Below, one piece after another: positions 12,101-24,369 of a stretch of 64,000 bases of DNA. The stretch is taken from assembly GCA_964658305.1 (NCBI GenBank), contig OZ210885.1, positions 12,834,001 to 12,898,000 on the forward strand, read 5' to 3'. The position numbers and the translations under genes are program-made. Source of the DNA: Leptogorgia sarmentosa. Its lineage: Eukaryota. A model generated the notes under the pieces. It ran no database searches, had not been told where the DNA came from, and worked only from the letters and a program-made list of their open reading frames with translations. How positions within the stretch are numbered: the stretch's first letter is position 1; the number at the start of each line of letters is the position of its first letter.

Positions 12101-15100
12101 ACATCACATCAAATGGGAAATTTTCTCTGTCTGGAAGCAGTTCAGGAACATTGTCACTGGTTGACATAGAGTGTTCTAAAATAGTTCAAACCTTCGCAAA
12201 GACCGAATCTGGAGTCGCCATACGTTTTGTGTGCTTATTAAGTGATGATGTCCGTTTCGTTTTTGTTGACGAGGCAAACAGGATCGAACTAAGAACTCTT
12301 ATTGATACCGAGGCCAGCATTAATTTGGGTCAACCAGAAGTTAAAGTAAACTGCATTACTGCTCTTGGTTCAAACTATGCATTGCTTGGTTGTGATGACG
12401 GAGAACTGTTATGGTTTCATCTTAACAATAAATCGCAGTTGAAATTCCCAGCGCACAAGGATGCCATTTCTGAAGTTGAAGGCGAGCTAGGAGGTCATGA
12501 TCGTTCTCTTCACTTTGCATCGGGGTCTATCGGTGGGTCTGTGAAGCTTTGGAATGTTGAAGAAAACTTGCCGACGTTAATATGGTCACATGACAACATT
12601 TGTTCGAATCCCATTACCGCGTTAGAATTCGTGCCCCGCTCGGATGATATCATAGTTGCTTCTGGCAAAAAGGTATGTATATCATTTTCCAAACGAGATT
12701 TTCAAATGTTATTTTTGGGCGTGTTACTTGTTGTTGGTTGAGCTGCAATTCAAATTTCATGATGTAAAACAGCACATGCACATACACATTATGAAGCGTT
12801 TCTAGAATTATTACAAATTAACTTCAGTAGGTTATACGGTACATATGGCGCCGGAAGTAATTAGTATGCAAAGAGGGCGAGTGCCTCAGCGCCGGAAGTA
12901 ATTAGCATGCAATGAGTAATTAGTAACGTAACCGCAGCATGTGTTCCAGATACGCGTCCGTGTTATAAAAGTAAACTTGTATGCATATAGAAAGGGTAGA
13001 ATTTTTCGGTAAAAGAGATGTAATGTGCGACTCAAAGTTTAAAAGATGAGGGTTAGTTGAATAAATGTCAAATAGTAAAGTAAATATGTATTGCGCCGGC
13101 AGAAGAATAGCGAGTAATTAGTATTAGTCTATTATGGCCGCAATAACCCAGGGAATAATGAATGAGACTTTATGTTTTTGTAACAAGTTTATTAATCATA
13201 AAAATATTGCTCATGTACTTTTACAAGTCATATAGAGAATTTTAGTTTTAGGAAACCTAATATTCATGTGAGCATGTACTCATTAGCAGTTTTTAGCATT
13301 TGTGAGCGATGCTCGAAATCGCTCATTTCCATATGAGCACATGCTCATATGCTCAAATAAAAGTGCGGTAGTGCTCAATAACACGGCATTTTTACACAGT
13401 CCTTGCTAGCGGAATGAGCTGCAAATTCTGCGGGAAAGCATTTAATCGAGGTTTCAATCTACGTCGACACGAAAACATGTACTGTCCATTAAAGGATCAA
13501 GAGAGTGAAATGTCAGAAACAGACAGTCAGACAACGGAATCGGAAGATGATTTGTCGACTGCTTCAACTCATAGTTCTGAAAGTCCGGTGACAACAGACG
13601 ACGAAACTGAGGAGCAAGAAAATGATCCTTGGATGCCAATGGTAGAAGAATCAATGCAAAAGTATAAAACGGCTTTTAAAGAAATGAAGACGAATTTGAT
13701 ACATAGTGGCTTGGATGAACAATCCTCTGGACAAAAAGCTTACTCCGAATTCCTACTTAAGCTCCAAAATGAGTTGGAAAGTAAAGTATCTATATGAATC
13801 ATCTTTCGTGGATGAAACAACTAAAGAATGACCCAGTGCATAAGAAAATAATGCAAACAAAAGATGCCTTTGTGAACGATGATAATTTTGATCCCGAAGA
13901 AGCTATTCAAGCAGCGGTTGATAAGAGAAAATTTCTGATTAAAAAACTGTTGAAAGATTACACCTTTACAGAGGACAGTGATGATGAAGACCATTGAATA
14001 TTAGGTTTCCTAAAACTAAAATTCTCTATATGACTTGTAAAAGTACATGAGCAATATTTTTATGATTAATAAACTTGTTACAAAAACATAAAGTTTCATT
14101 CATTATTCCCTGGGTTATTGCGGCCATAATAGACTAATACTAATTACTCGCTATTCTTCTGCCGGCGAAATACATATTTACTTTACTATTTGACATTTAT
14201 TCAACTAACCCTCATCTTTTAAACTTTTAGTCGCACATTACATCTCTTTTACCGAAAAATTCTACCCTTTCTATATGCATACAAGTTTACTTTTATAACA
14301 CGGACGCGTATCTGGAACACATGCCGCGGTTACGTTACTAATTACTCATTGCATGCTAATTACTTCCGGCGCTGAGGCACTCGCCCTCTTTGCATACTAA
14401 TTACTTCCGGCGCCATATGTACCGTATAACCTACTAACTTCGTCTCATTTTGAAAATTGGGAAGCAAATTCGGAATAAATCCCCATTGTTCACACCATGT
14501 CAGGAAGAAATCAACCAAATTAATAGTTTTTTTCTTGCTGGATTTTTGTTTCATTACCAGAAATGTGCGAGCCGCGATGACGCAATAACCCTAAGCTATA
14601 ATTTTAAAATGAATATGAAAAAATTCCATACTATTTTGTATAAGACAGTGAAACCTTTAAAATTAAAGTATGCGAAGGCAGTTTTTATTAAAATATATAT
14701 TTGCGAATAACATTGGCTAGAAATCGAGCGATCAGGTTAAAACAATTAAATTAAATTAAATCTCGTCCTTGAACAAAAGTCTAAATGCTTGCAATGCATT
14801 ATACATAAGTTAATAATGGTCGTGATAAATAACATTTTCTACAGAATGCATGTCAGGGCAAACCCCGTACAAATTTCGAGATACGAAGGCACCACAACTT
14901 CTTTTTCCCACCATCATGTGTTTTTTGTAGAAAATACATTTTCAGAACAGTAAAATAACTTTGCCAAGTTCCAAAGCTGTCGTAAATTGGCGAGGTTTTG
15001 CTCGGTTCTATTCGCAAAGGTTGTTTTCTACTTAACAATAAGATTACGAGTTCGAGATTTCTATTTAACAATTAGATTACGAGCTCGAGATTTCTATGAG

Positions 15101-18100
15101 GTGACGAGTTGATGAGGGCGAAGCCCGAATCAACTATCATCTCGTAGAAATCGAGAGCGAGTGGATCTAATTGTTTTAGTAGAATCAGAGATCAAACATG
15201 AAAATATTGCGAAAAATAATTTTAAAAAAATTCACATGTTTTGCTACTCGCTAACGCAATTTTAACGTTATACTATTGTTGATCATTGTTTGCAGTTATT
15301 CGTATGGATAAGAACGTAGCTAGGCAATCTAAAATGCCTCAAATCATTTAATAATGATTTAGTATTGTCAGAGTCCACATCCCACATGTATTTGATCATG
15401 TGACATTGATTATCAGGCGAATTACATCAATTAAATAAATCTGTTTAATTGTTCAATTGTAACCTTCATTGCATGTGAAGCAAATTAACAGCGTAATAAA
15501 GATTTTTTAACCATGTGCGTAACGCAAAAACAGCAATTTGAATAGAATTAACCTTCATGTTCATTTATTAATCATTTTCCACACGTATTGCAGTAATTTA
15601 ACTGTAATTTAGTGAACGTGACTGCTGAAATATAAATGCATTGTAATTGCTAAACGCAAGAGTTCAATTAGATTTACACACAATGTTTCCTGCACATAAA
15701 GTACATTATACTTGATAAATATAAATGCAAATCCTCGGTGAATTGTCTGTTAAAACGTTAGGGGACGACACAATATTCATCCTTTCAGCCGAAACAGTTG
15801 GTGACTTGTGTCATCCCCCTCCCTCTCGATGCTTGTGTCATCCCCCTCCACGATTTACCTCTTGCCTTCATTCATTTTAAATACATATTATAAATTCAAG
15901 AACTTCGATTCTGACGGCTGATTTTTTGTTCATTTTGCTACTTTATGAGCTGTTTGACGTAACCAAGCAAGAATAATAGAAAATAGTTCGAAAGGAATTC
16001 TCGAATTTAAAATACGTAATAATAAGCTTTTATAACTGGATTGGCGTTCATATCATTTTGTGGGGAAAATATTTAATAGAAAGACGTTGTTAAGAACAGA
16101 ATAGAATAGAATATTAATAGCATTTTGTTTATAGGTATAATAGGACTAATTATAATAATTATGAAAAGAACAAAAAAATATAGTAATTAGAGTGATCCAT
16201 TAAGGCTGTGCCGGATTATGTAGGGGGCAATGGGGGCATTTGACCCCGGCCCCAGCTCAAAAGCTTGTTTACCGGCCCAAGAAAAACAATGTATAAAAAA
16301 TTTCAGTTACTGTTGGTTTCGAAAAAACAAATTTTGATTAAAAATTGGTCAGTTGAAAGACAGGAAATTCTCAAGGAAAAATTACTCAAGAATTATCTGC
16401 GTCTATAGACAACGATAAGATTGCAAACTTCAATCTACTTAGCATCATAGGCGTACGAGCCGGGCGGCCCCAAAAAAATTCAAATTGGAAAATTCGGGCA
16501 CTGATTTTGAGCATAATTTGGGCAACATGAGGAATAGGTTGAAGGAATAAGGTAATGTCAACAATCCTCCAGTCATTCACCTGAACGAACGTACTAAGAA
16601 AGTGGACTTACGACTTTGAAATCGCCGTTTCCGGCAATCCAGAGGTTGTAAAAGTTCAAAAATTCCTCGCTCGGCGCCAACCATGGTGGCGCCTCGTGAC
16701 ATTCGCTCCCCTCAAATTCGGGCAAAGATAAACTTTCTGCCCCCCTCTGAAAAAATGTACCACGTACGCTTATGCTTAGCATTGAACACGAAATACTAGA
16801 CTCACTTAAGTTAATGTCGCTGTGGTAAATGCCACTTTCACGTTAAAATGCTATTCCCTATGTTCATGCATATTATCGTTTTTGACGATACAATGGGCAA
16901 GACTTTCAATTTGATTACATATATGTTTCATGTTTTCATATTCACCAAATTACGGCCCTTTACTTTTTGTTTGTCCCCGGCCCAATGACGGGTTAATCCG
17001 GCGCTGCATTAAGGATCCCATGACAACCATAGATAAGTATAAAAGAGCTTGTATGTAGTTTGCTTTACGACATATAAGACGTCAACTTTTCGAAATATAT
17101 AGATATTCCACTGAATTGTAGTTTGTCTATGGAACAGACGTTATATTGAGCAGTGGTTTGATTATTTTGACAGATTGATCGGATAAATGCAAACGGAGTC
17201 GTGCATAGTTACGAATATGTGCTTATAATGGAGAGAATTGAAACAATGCGCGTGGTCCTGAACTCCCTTTTTTGTGTTTATCCGCTCGAATATATTGATG
17301 GTATAGATGGAGAGCTAGTCACAAAGTGGAACTTGAACGACGACGAGATACAAAGCACCAATCTTTTCAAAACTGAGAAAGTTTTAAGGATTAACAATTC
17401 TGGCAACCTTGTGGCTATATTAGGTAAATAATTTAACTGTTATTATTTTATTTTCTAATCTCAATTGCACAAGGTGTGCTCGCGTAATTCATCGAGCATT
17501 AGCTGAAGGGTTCCAGTGAATAACATTGGAAAACTAGAACAAAAACATTAGCATGCGCACATGCTGCAAAAATAGAATTGTTGTCATGAACTACAACGCC
17601 CACGATAACTCCACCAAACGCGTAATAAAGGGTCGTACCAATGTTGTGTTATTAAATTATTTATTTGTGATGCAAGGCGTCACCGGGCGAGACTTGAGGC
17701 CATTCACCATATCAGTGACCTCTAAGATTACAGCGCGGCACACTTTAAATGTGATCAACATAGAGCCTACATGTGACGTACAGCACGCAAAGTCAAGCTT
17801 GCACTTTAAGGGCCTGTTTATATGATCCCTCTTAACCAGGATTCAATGAAGCGTCAAATGATTTTGAGGTATTGAAATGAGTCACGTTCATGAAACGAAA
17901 CAACCAAAGTTAGGACACTCTTAGCACAAATCACCAAAAAAGATATATTTTACAAAAATTGATGCCCAACAACATCTTGCCAGTTTGATGTTTCAGCAGA
18001 ACAAAATCTTAAGCAACCAGCAGTTTAGCATTTCTAAATAATTTCATTTCAATACCTCAAAATCATTTTGCGCTTCATTGAATCCCGGGTGAGTGGGATC

Positions 18101-20842
18101 ATATAAACAGGCCATAAGAAAGCCTTTTTAACATCCCTGCGTAGGCGTAGCCGTGCAGCGGAGTCTTAAAATATGCGTGTCTTTTGTCGTCGACGATGTC
18201 ACAACCTGGCTACTTGATAAATGGGTACATCGGTGTAACTTTATGTATAATTTGACGTCGGAGCCTTTGATGTTTTAGGATAGCACATTTTACTTCCGGC
18301 GTTTTGGCCGCAGTCAAAAGATTGCGATTTGTGAACTATAAATATAACGAACGTGTAGCTAACAATTTAAATGAGTATATTGTCCTTATTTTATGCTGGA
18401 TTTCAACGAAATCTTAAGTAAGTTCTAAAGGAAAGTATATTGTGCATTTATTTTAATAAGATTCTGAAATGATTCTGAAATTGCTGAAATAGCACATACG
18501 ACTCGAGGTCGCAGAATAACCGTTAAATATTCGCGGCCCAATCAGGTTTGAATTTGATGAGTAGCTCAACGACGTCCGGTTTATCACACAGCAAAGTGGG
18601 TACGCGGATATATATATTTGCTGAATTTTGGCATTCCTTCGAGAATTTTAGAGCGAATTTACGCTATTTGGTAAAAGCATGATTATTTTGATAGTTACAC
18701 GGGATCCTTCTTGCTGGGAATATCGATTAATTTGGAAAGAGATACGTTTAAATGCGAAAAATCGAGGATAGTTTGTGTGACATATGCCTCTTTTGGTCGC
18801 AATGTCTCCATCCTATTATTTTTAGTAATTTTCAGGCGGGCACGAGCAACCTGGGCCTACTGTGGTTATTTGAGAGGTGACGATACCCCGGTTCCGGTTT
18901 ACGGGTACTGGAACGAGAAATGCAGCCGTGCCAGTAAACCGTAACCGGGCTATCTTAGCCTCTCTATTAGCTTCATAGGCCTGTTGGAAATTCTACTCAA
19001 ATTCATCAAGAGTTGTAAAACAAAAACCGTGCATGTTACACTGGTAGAAACTGCCTGAACGTGCAATACAAAACGAAGGTCCAAAAATATATTCGCGGTA
19101 TGACAACAATTTTTCTAGCTCACCTATTCGTTGGCTTAATTCCTTCGGTCGTTATCAAAGAAACATCATATTCACTAGGAACGAAATTTGCTCTGTCTCT
19201 AGCGCTGCCAGCAAAATTCCCGCCTAAGATTCATGCAACAAAGCACGCGACGTCAAGCTACTGTACGCAAGATTATTGCAATTAAAAACCTTTCAAAGCA
19301 TAAAATATTCGAATATAATATAAGCCATCGGCGAGTTCTGTGACGAAATCGTCAAAAGTTACGAAAAAAAATTAAAACAGTTGATCAGACCTTTTATGTT
19401 ACATCCATAAACCTGTCTTAACAAGAAGCACAGTGGATGACACCCCTCTTTCAACCGATTAAGCGTAATCTCACGGTAACCCCTCACCTCCTGTTAGACG
19501 TGAAACTATGTTATCTACCAATTATTCGCGGGGACATTTTGAGCATTACCCAGTTTAGTCTGCATAGGTTTTTAATTTTGTGTCGGCTGTATCGGTCACC
19601 CGTATTAGCAGGGGCGGATTTTCATATTTTTCACTGAGAGTTGGAAAAAATTTTGGAGTGAGGGTGTCGATCGAACATCAATAAAACATTTTTGCGTGTT
19701 TGATTTTCTATGTTAATTTGCCGCAAAAAAGCGTAGAAACATGTTAATTTTATAGCTACTTTATTGTTAGTACATTGACATTGTGGGCAGGACAGGAGAT
19801 GGTAATTTTTTTGAAGGCGTGAACAATTTCCCCGCACCTCGTCCCCCAGAAACTCTGCCCCTGGATAGTACGACAGACAGTTTATACCGCCCCTTGGAAA
19901 GAAACGTCTGATTTAAAACTGTGTCATTTACACGAAACTTGCTGAGAAATTTGTGCACGTAAATCGCAAGTTACTGTGTCGATATTTCCTTATAAACATG
20001 GCATGTTAAAAAATCTGAAAGTATTAAAGAATTTATTTATGATGATTAAATAGAACTTGTCGTGCTTCCCGGGGCAATCCTCAAATACTTCATGTTCTGA
20101 AAACATATTTGGTTATTAAAGCGATAGGTTGCTGAATGCGTTCATTTCTAGTTAATGTTATGCATAATTTTTTACCTCCCCGTCGGTGAGGGGAAGCGCG
20201 TCATATAATTTGTTCGTAATGGCAAAATAATTATTCTGTATAACGTAGCCTTTAGATAACACGGCTAACAATCCAAAATCATGTGATGGCAATATTGATT
20301 CGCGTGACATGGCGATTAGATAAAATGGCTGTACATCCAAATTAAAATACGTCTCACGTTGTACCGAAAATTGCCTCGGAAAAAAAGAACATTGGGTATG
20401 ATATGCGATCAAAATCTTTCGTTCTAACAGCCACTATAAAATTATAAAACATGGCTATCAATCGAAAAGTGTCACAAAAATTGCCTCGCGTAACATTGCC
20501 TTAACTTAACAGATTTAAAAATATTAAATCACACTTTTAGATAATGGTTCTTTGGTGATTGAGAACTTCAGAACTGGAAAGGTTCTCCACAGATTTCCAA
20601 TTCAAAATGCTCGACGTATCAGAGCGTTGGCATTAGCGTCTGCAGGAGAATTTCTTTTGTCATGCTCGAGACGTGACAAGACGCTGAAACTGTGGAACCT
20701 ACCAAACGGAGAGTGTGTTGAAGAGTTTCATTTCGACCGGGATGTTTTAGCCATAGCATGTGGCTCAAGTGGAATGGTTTGTGTTGGCCTGGCAGGAGGT
20801 CGGCTCTGCTTCCTTCGTCTTAATAAGTTATCCTCGAATTGA
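124..20842 (+). CDS. WD40-repeat beta-propeller protein, 3' part of a spliced gene (5' end outside window; possibly the C-terminus of a NACHT/NWD-type protein)
   Basis: Exons ~124-391, 2720-2963, 3785-4017, 6094-6203, 9748-10156, 12068-12672, 17174-17423 and 20541-20842. All are GT-AG with matching phases (1,2,1,0,1,0,1) and sum to 807 codons. WD motifs include LVSGSDDRTMKIWD, GHGFFVTSVAVS, LTASWDGSIRVWN, FASGSIGGSVKLWN and LSCSRRDKTLKLWN. AATAAA occurs at ~20929 and ~21728. The first acceptor is uncertain. Confidence 0.88.
2160..2364. mobile_element. Probable Helentron/DINE-like non-autonomous element fragment containing a (CA)n microsatellite
   Basis: (CA)n/ACAA tract at 2293-2330, followed by a short imperfect terminal hairpin ending ATAACCTCCTTGCGGTGGTAAT. 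The left boundary is approximate. Confidence 0.4.
4535..5052. mobile_element. Old MITE with diverged ~170-bp inverted arms
   Basis: AATAAGTGCTAAGATATTTTATATTTTGATATTT... at ~4535 pairs with ...AAATATCAAGATATAAAATTTCTCACCACTTATT at ~5052. Inner parts (TATTCCATATCTCTACA / TGTAGAGATACGGAATA) are also complementary. Confidence 0.6.
6094..6203 (+). CDS. Small internal WD40 exon missing from the ORF track (GDLEWAKHVAVSADDRHVVSLSKDGNIFVDSTKSSIK)
   Basis: Polypyrimidine tract plus AG at 6092-6093 and GT at 6204. It bridges the phase-1 donor at 4017 and the phase-0 acceptor at 9748, giving ...SIK|VWNL. Confidence 0.85.
7316..7470. repeat. Degenerate Penelope-like terminal repeat with hammerhead-like remnants (related copies at ~5850-5900 and ~8030-8115)
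   Basis: Inverted pair of CCxGACGAxGG...GAAACGT-like motifs. A shared downstream motif resembling TTTAGGTAGTGAGTAGACTCTTTGCTGC-TGTTAA occurs in three copies. Confidence 0.4.
8183..8645 (+). mobile_element. Crypton-like non-autonomous element (internally deleted)
   Basis: Inverted repeats TTATTATATGGAC / GTCCATATAATAA are followed by a terminal hairpin (TTACACGGTT..GAAGATATGG / CCATATCTTC..AACCGTGTAA). No TSD is visible. It retains an ORF start, MASTSRFVNLSEDDISTFCEQQ, that resembles the N-termini of CryptonA/DUF3504-type proteins (from recollection). Confidence 0.55.
12826..14435. mobile_element. Non-autonomous mini-Polinton/Maverick in an intron of the WD40 gene
   Basis: 441-bp TIRs at 12826-13266 and 13995-14435 (about 4 mismatches seen), termini 5'-AGTAG...CTACT-3', and 6-bp TSD AACTTC at 12820-12825 and 14436-14441. 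Confidence 0.85.
13414..13997 (+). pseudogene. Zinc-finger plus acidic-region protein carried by the mini-Polinton, frameshifted by a 5-bp duplication
   Basis: N-terminal CKFC-x12-H-x4-C finger. Removing one copy of tandem AAAGT (13778-13787) joins ORFs 13414-13797 and 13794-13997 into one 192-aa intronless ORF (…QNELESIYMNHLSWMKQLKNDPVHKKIMQTK…). Confidence 0.75.
15064..15180. repeat. Long hairpin end of a Crypton-like repeat
   Basis: AACAATTAGAT..CTCGAGATTTCTATGAG..AGTTGAT / ATCAACT..CTCGTAGAAATCGAG..ATCTAATTGTT around a GGGCGAAGCCC apex. Confidence 0.5.
16206..17006. mobile_element. hAT-type MITE (outer element of a nested pair)
   Basis: TIR CTGTGCCGGATTA / TAATCCGGCGCTG; 8-bp TSD CATTAAGG at 16198-16205 and 17007-17014. 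Confidence 0.8.
16446..16774. mobile_element. hAT-type MITE nested in the previous element
   Basis: TIR CATAGGCGTACG / CGTACGCTTATG; 8-bp TSD CTTAGCAT at 16438-16445 and 16775-16782. Confidence 0.8.
17810..18114. mobile_element. PIF/Harbinger-type MITE
   Basis: ~70-bp TIRs (GGCCTGTTTATATGATCCC...ATTTTGAGGTATTGAAATGA), flanked by TAA on both sides. Confidence 0.75.
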
Positions 20843-21124
20843 AAACAACTGCAACCAAAAGGTTGAAGACTTAAGAGAAATTGCAACATTGTCTGAAATG
20901 AAAAATACTCTAAAATATTATATATAAAAATAAAGACTCAAAAAAGCCAAAACCATTGAAATTGACGCATTGTTGGAATTTGAAAGCCCTTTGAATTTGA
21001 ACTCGAAAAAATTCGTAAAAGGTAATTAAGAAATTGAGATATACTTGTAATGTGCGTCCGAATTGATTAAAGCCAAATTTTGAATATAGACTAAAATAAT
21101 GGCTTGCAAAATTGGCTTAGCTTA

Positions 21125-21243
21125 GACCCCGTTTACACAATTCTGTAATGTTACCATAGAATTAATTAAGAGCCACACTCGTCTTGAAACAATTAAATTT
21201 GATGTCGTGACCAAGCTGATCCGGTGCCGTGTAAACGGGATCT
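21125..21243. mobile_element. Small Harbinger-type MITE
   Basis: GACCCCGTTTACAC / GTGTAAACGGGATC termini with TTA flanks. Confidence 0.5.
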
Positions 21244-21910
21244 TAGGGATTAGCTTAGTGCTGGGGCATTCAAATTCAAACAATGCGCTAATTTCAAAGG
21301 TTTTGGGGCTTTTTGGGACACCCTGTAGACTAATATTCGACTATGACTATTTTTACCAAAACAACCACCATTCGAATCGGTGCGTTACTTAATTTTTGAA
21401 AGTCATTAATTTGATAGTAGACGCAGGCATCGTATTTTCTGAGATCATTTCTGATTCAATGTTTCCTACATTTTACCTCATTCATTATTCAATATCCCTA
21501 CTGTCAGTAATTAAGATACACTTGTCCAGGCTTCCGCAGGAAATAGCTGTGTGGCAGTATCACTGAATAAGTTAAACGGTGAACATATCTGGAAATGTTC
21601 AGCAATTCGCCTAATTAACATAAGAGGCAACTGTATATTTGAAAATGATTTTGTTTTAACTTTAATGTAAATTTTTAGTTGTATTTGCTGGTTTACATGA
21701 CTATGGAATTATTATAGAATATTTGTCAATAAAAGTAAAATTACCAATGATGTTTGCAATGGTGTCACATTTACAGCATTATCAGCAAACCTTACTGAAC
21801 TTCAGACGTCATTATCTCTTAGTCGTATTTTCTAAAATCTTTTCATATCAGCATTGTTTTACAGATACAACATTGGACCATCGATCCTTATAAGTTTGTT
21901 TGCAGACTAA

Positions 21911-22924
21911 AGGCCGGAGCGATTTCGCTGCGATTTCTAGTGCGATTTTCTCCTTTTGACGGATGTGAACGAGTAGATCAGTCACAAATGTTCTGGTGAG
22001 AAACATTGAACTAAATAAAACTGGAAGGCTACTTCCGGCCGGAAACTTGAAGCCAAATCGGCCCCAGTCTTTCCACGCAATGTAGACACGGCCAAAACAA
22101 AAACATTTCTGTTTTTTGTTGAAAAAACTTGTACAAAACTCGCAAAAAATAATTTTAGGAAGATGTGAATCATTTATATGTAACATAAATTTGGTGAATG
22201 TTTGGTTTTCATAATAATGACCAGTTTTTGCCAAATTTTGTATGGTACTGCCTGAAAAAACTAGCGCTTTTTGTAAAAAAACCCGAACGGCGATAAGTGG
22301 CCTTTTGAGGTTTTGCCACTTTTGCTATGTCGGGCTGTCATTTTTCGTCTATTCTTGACATTTTTCAAAAATTGTTCGCCCACAGGCGACCATGGCATAG
22401 TCATAGACTAAAATCTGTTGTGATTCCATTTGTAGCCAGCTTTCGAATCAATATGTCAAGCACATGAGATCCGTTTTAATCGAGACACAATCGTTTGTTT
22501 TCGGCGAGTTTACCTTACAGAAATTCAATTGATCGCCATAAAATTTAATTTTTCTGTATTCATACCACTAGAAATGGCTTTGAAGCTGTAAAAAAACAGC
22601 AAAATCACTTCTCTATCGCATCGCAAATTCCTACTTTCCCTTTTGAAAACATGTTGTTGACTTGTTCGCTCCTTTCTACCGCGCGAGAATGTCACGTAGC
22701 TGAACTCGCGTGAAATTACCCCCAGACACGCGTGTCTGGGGGTAATTCCACGCAAAATTTTGGCTTCAATTTTTTCGCTCCCGTTAATATGAAGGTAGCC
22801 TTCCAGTTATATATAGTTCAATGGGTGAGAAAGCACGCACTCAGCACATTCCTTGTTAATCCACTCGTTCACATCCACCAGAAGGAGAAAATCCCAGCAA
22901 AAACTCGCTCGTGTACACGGGCCT
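21911..22924. mobile_element. Harbinger-type MITE with nested insert (related short copy at ~39761-39950)
   Basis: Inverted arms GATTTTCTCCTTTTGACGGATGTGAACGAGTAGAT / ATCCACTCGTTCACATCCACCAGAAGGAGAAAATC. The right end is GTGTACACGGGCC|TTAA. Confidence 0.55.
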
Positions 22925-23071
22925 TAAGGGATCTTGATATGGGAAAAGTTATCTCTGTTGACAAGAAAATATTTCGAGTGCCTAATGACTCAGGTCTGCT
23001 CTTATTGAGCACGTTATAACGTCACCACGCTTATCGAGTAAATTGTTTTCGGCCGTGAAAGGCTGTTACAT

Positions 23072-23522
23072 AATAACTACAGTGAAACACGCAATTTGAT
23101 TTGTCAATAGTCCTGCAAGATCTGACAATCCTGCACAGTATCCTGCTTGAAAAATTCTGAATGCTTACTCACGAGCATAATGCTCACGAGTCACGGGATT
23201 TTTAAAATGTCGGCAATAAAATTAAAGTAAAATACGAAAATTTGACAGTAACACAAATTGCTATCGAAAACAACAAACAAGGGTTTTCGTATTTATGGAA
23301 AAGAAATTGAGGTTTTCCGTTGTTTCACTGTAGTTATTTTATAAAACAATTACCAAATGATTTTTCCGTCCAGGATGGCGTTATCCATACACTTGGGATG
23401 TGGCTTGAGTTTCGGAAAGTGACTCGCCTGCGGCTCGTGATTTTTTACGCTTTCCGAAAGTCGCCACATCCCACGTGCATGGATGACGCAATCCTGCACG
23501 GAAAACCATTCGGTATTCTTTA
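23072..23522. mobile_element. Crypton-like non-autonomous element (IR pair plus terminal hairpin)
   Basis: AATAACTACAGTGAAACA / TGTTTCACTGTAGTTATT, then a long hairpin (TTTTCCGT.CAGGAT.GCGT.ATCCAT.CAC.TGGGATGTGGC / GCCACATCCCACGTGCATGGATGACGCAATCCTGCACGGAAAA). Confidence 0.55.
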
Positions 23523-24322
23523 TTGTAAAGTTGCTGATATGATAGAAAGTGTTTTAAGTTTCAATCATATGTTCGTATGAGATAATCATTTTCCTGTTAT
23601 AACTCGTACTACGTGCACTGTCGGTACAAAAGACGAGCTCGGTGCTGACTTTGCGCATGGTTAACAAGAAATTATTAGTTTGTGAATTCTTACCAGTCTG
23701 CTCTTGTGCCATCAAAACTTTTGTTTGTTGAGACCTGGACTCTAAAATCAAGAACTGTGATATCGCCCAAAACACTTGACCAGTGTGGCGGTCCTTGTGG
23801 GTCAACCGGGGACGAATCGGATGGGACTGTCCAACTTACTGGACTATTCTTCATTCCAACCAACACAAATTAATCCACCTTGGTCTGTATGAATATAACA
23901 CCAAACCTAATTAAAATAATTTAAAAAACTATTTGCAAGATTCATTATGCAGATTTCAGCTTCGGAAGCATGAGCTTGTACCTTGTGGGTTCTTCCGAAG
24001 GATCCAGCAAGATCCATCTTTTGCTCCAGCTAATTTATCAACAACATCAGGACAGTCTTGGGCTGAGTTGAATATCTCGCCCAATGTGGGAGAACCTGTA
24101 TTGCCAGGTGAAAAACGGCACAAACCGAATATGAATTTGTAATTTAAATTCTATACTCTTTCGAAAAATAGCAAAATTAAAAGCTTTTCAAAAGATGTCG
24201 TATTTTGTGGAATATTTTGGCATCATTAAAGTAAAATTCCGTTTAGACCAACTGAATAAAATCAAAACCCCGCGCAAAAATATGCTTACATTTATCATCA
24301 CGACGTCTGAACACACCAAACA

Positions 24323-24369
24323 CGTCCCTGGTTGGACTCGAACGCGCTAACTCATTGCGCCACAGAGAC
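24323..24369 (-). pseudogene. tRNA-Asn pseudogene with internal deletion
   Basis: Matches both ends of the Asn genes at 24747 and 32719, but the segment between two CGAAC copies, including the anticodon loop, is deleted. Confidence 0.8.

Noticed and set aside
19610..19863. hAT-like MITE (CAGGGGCGGA...TCTGCCCCTG)
   Set aside because: The TIRs are short and the 8-bp flanks do not match, so it was not listed as a feature.
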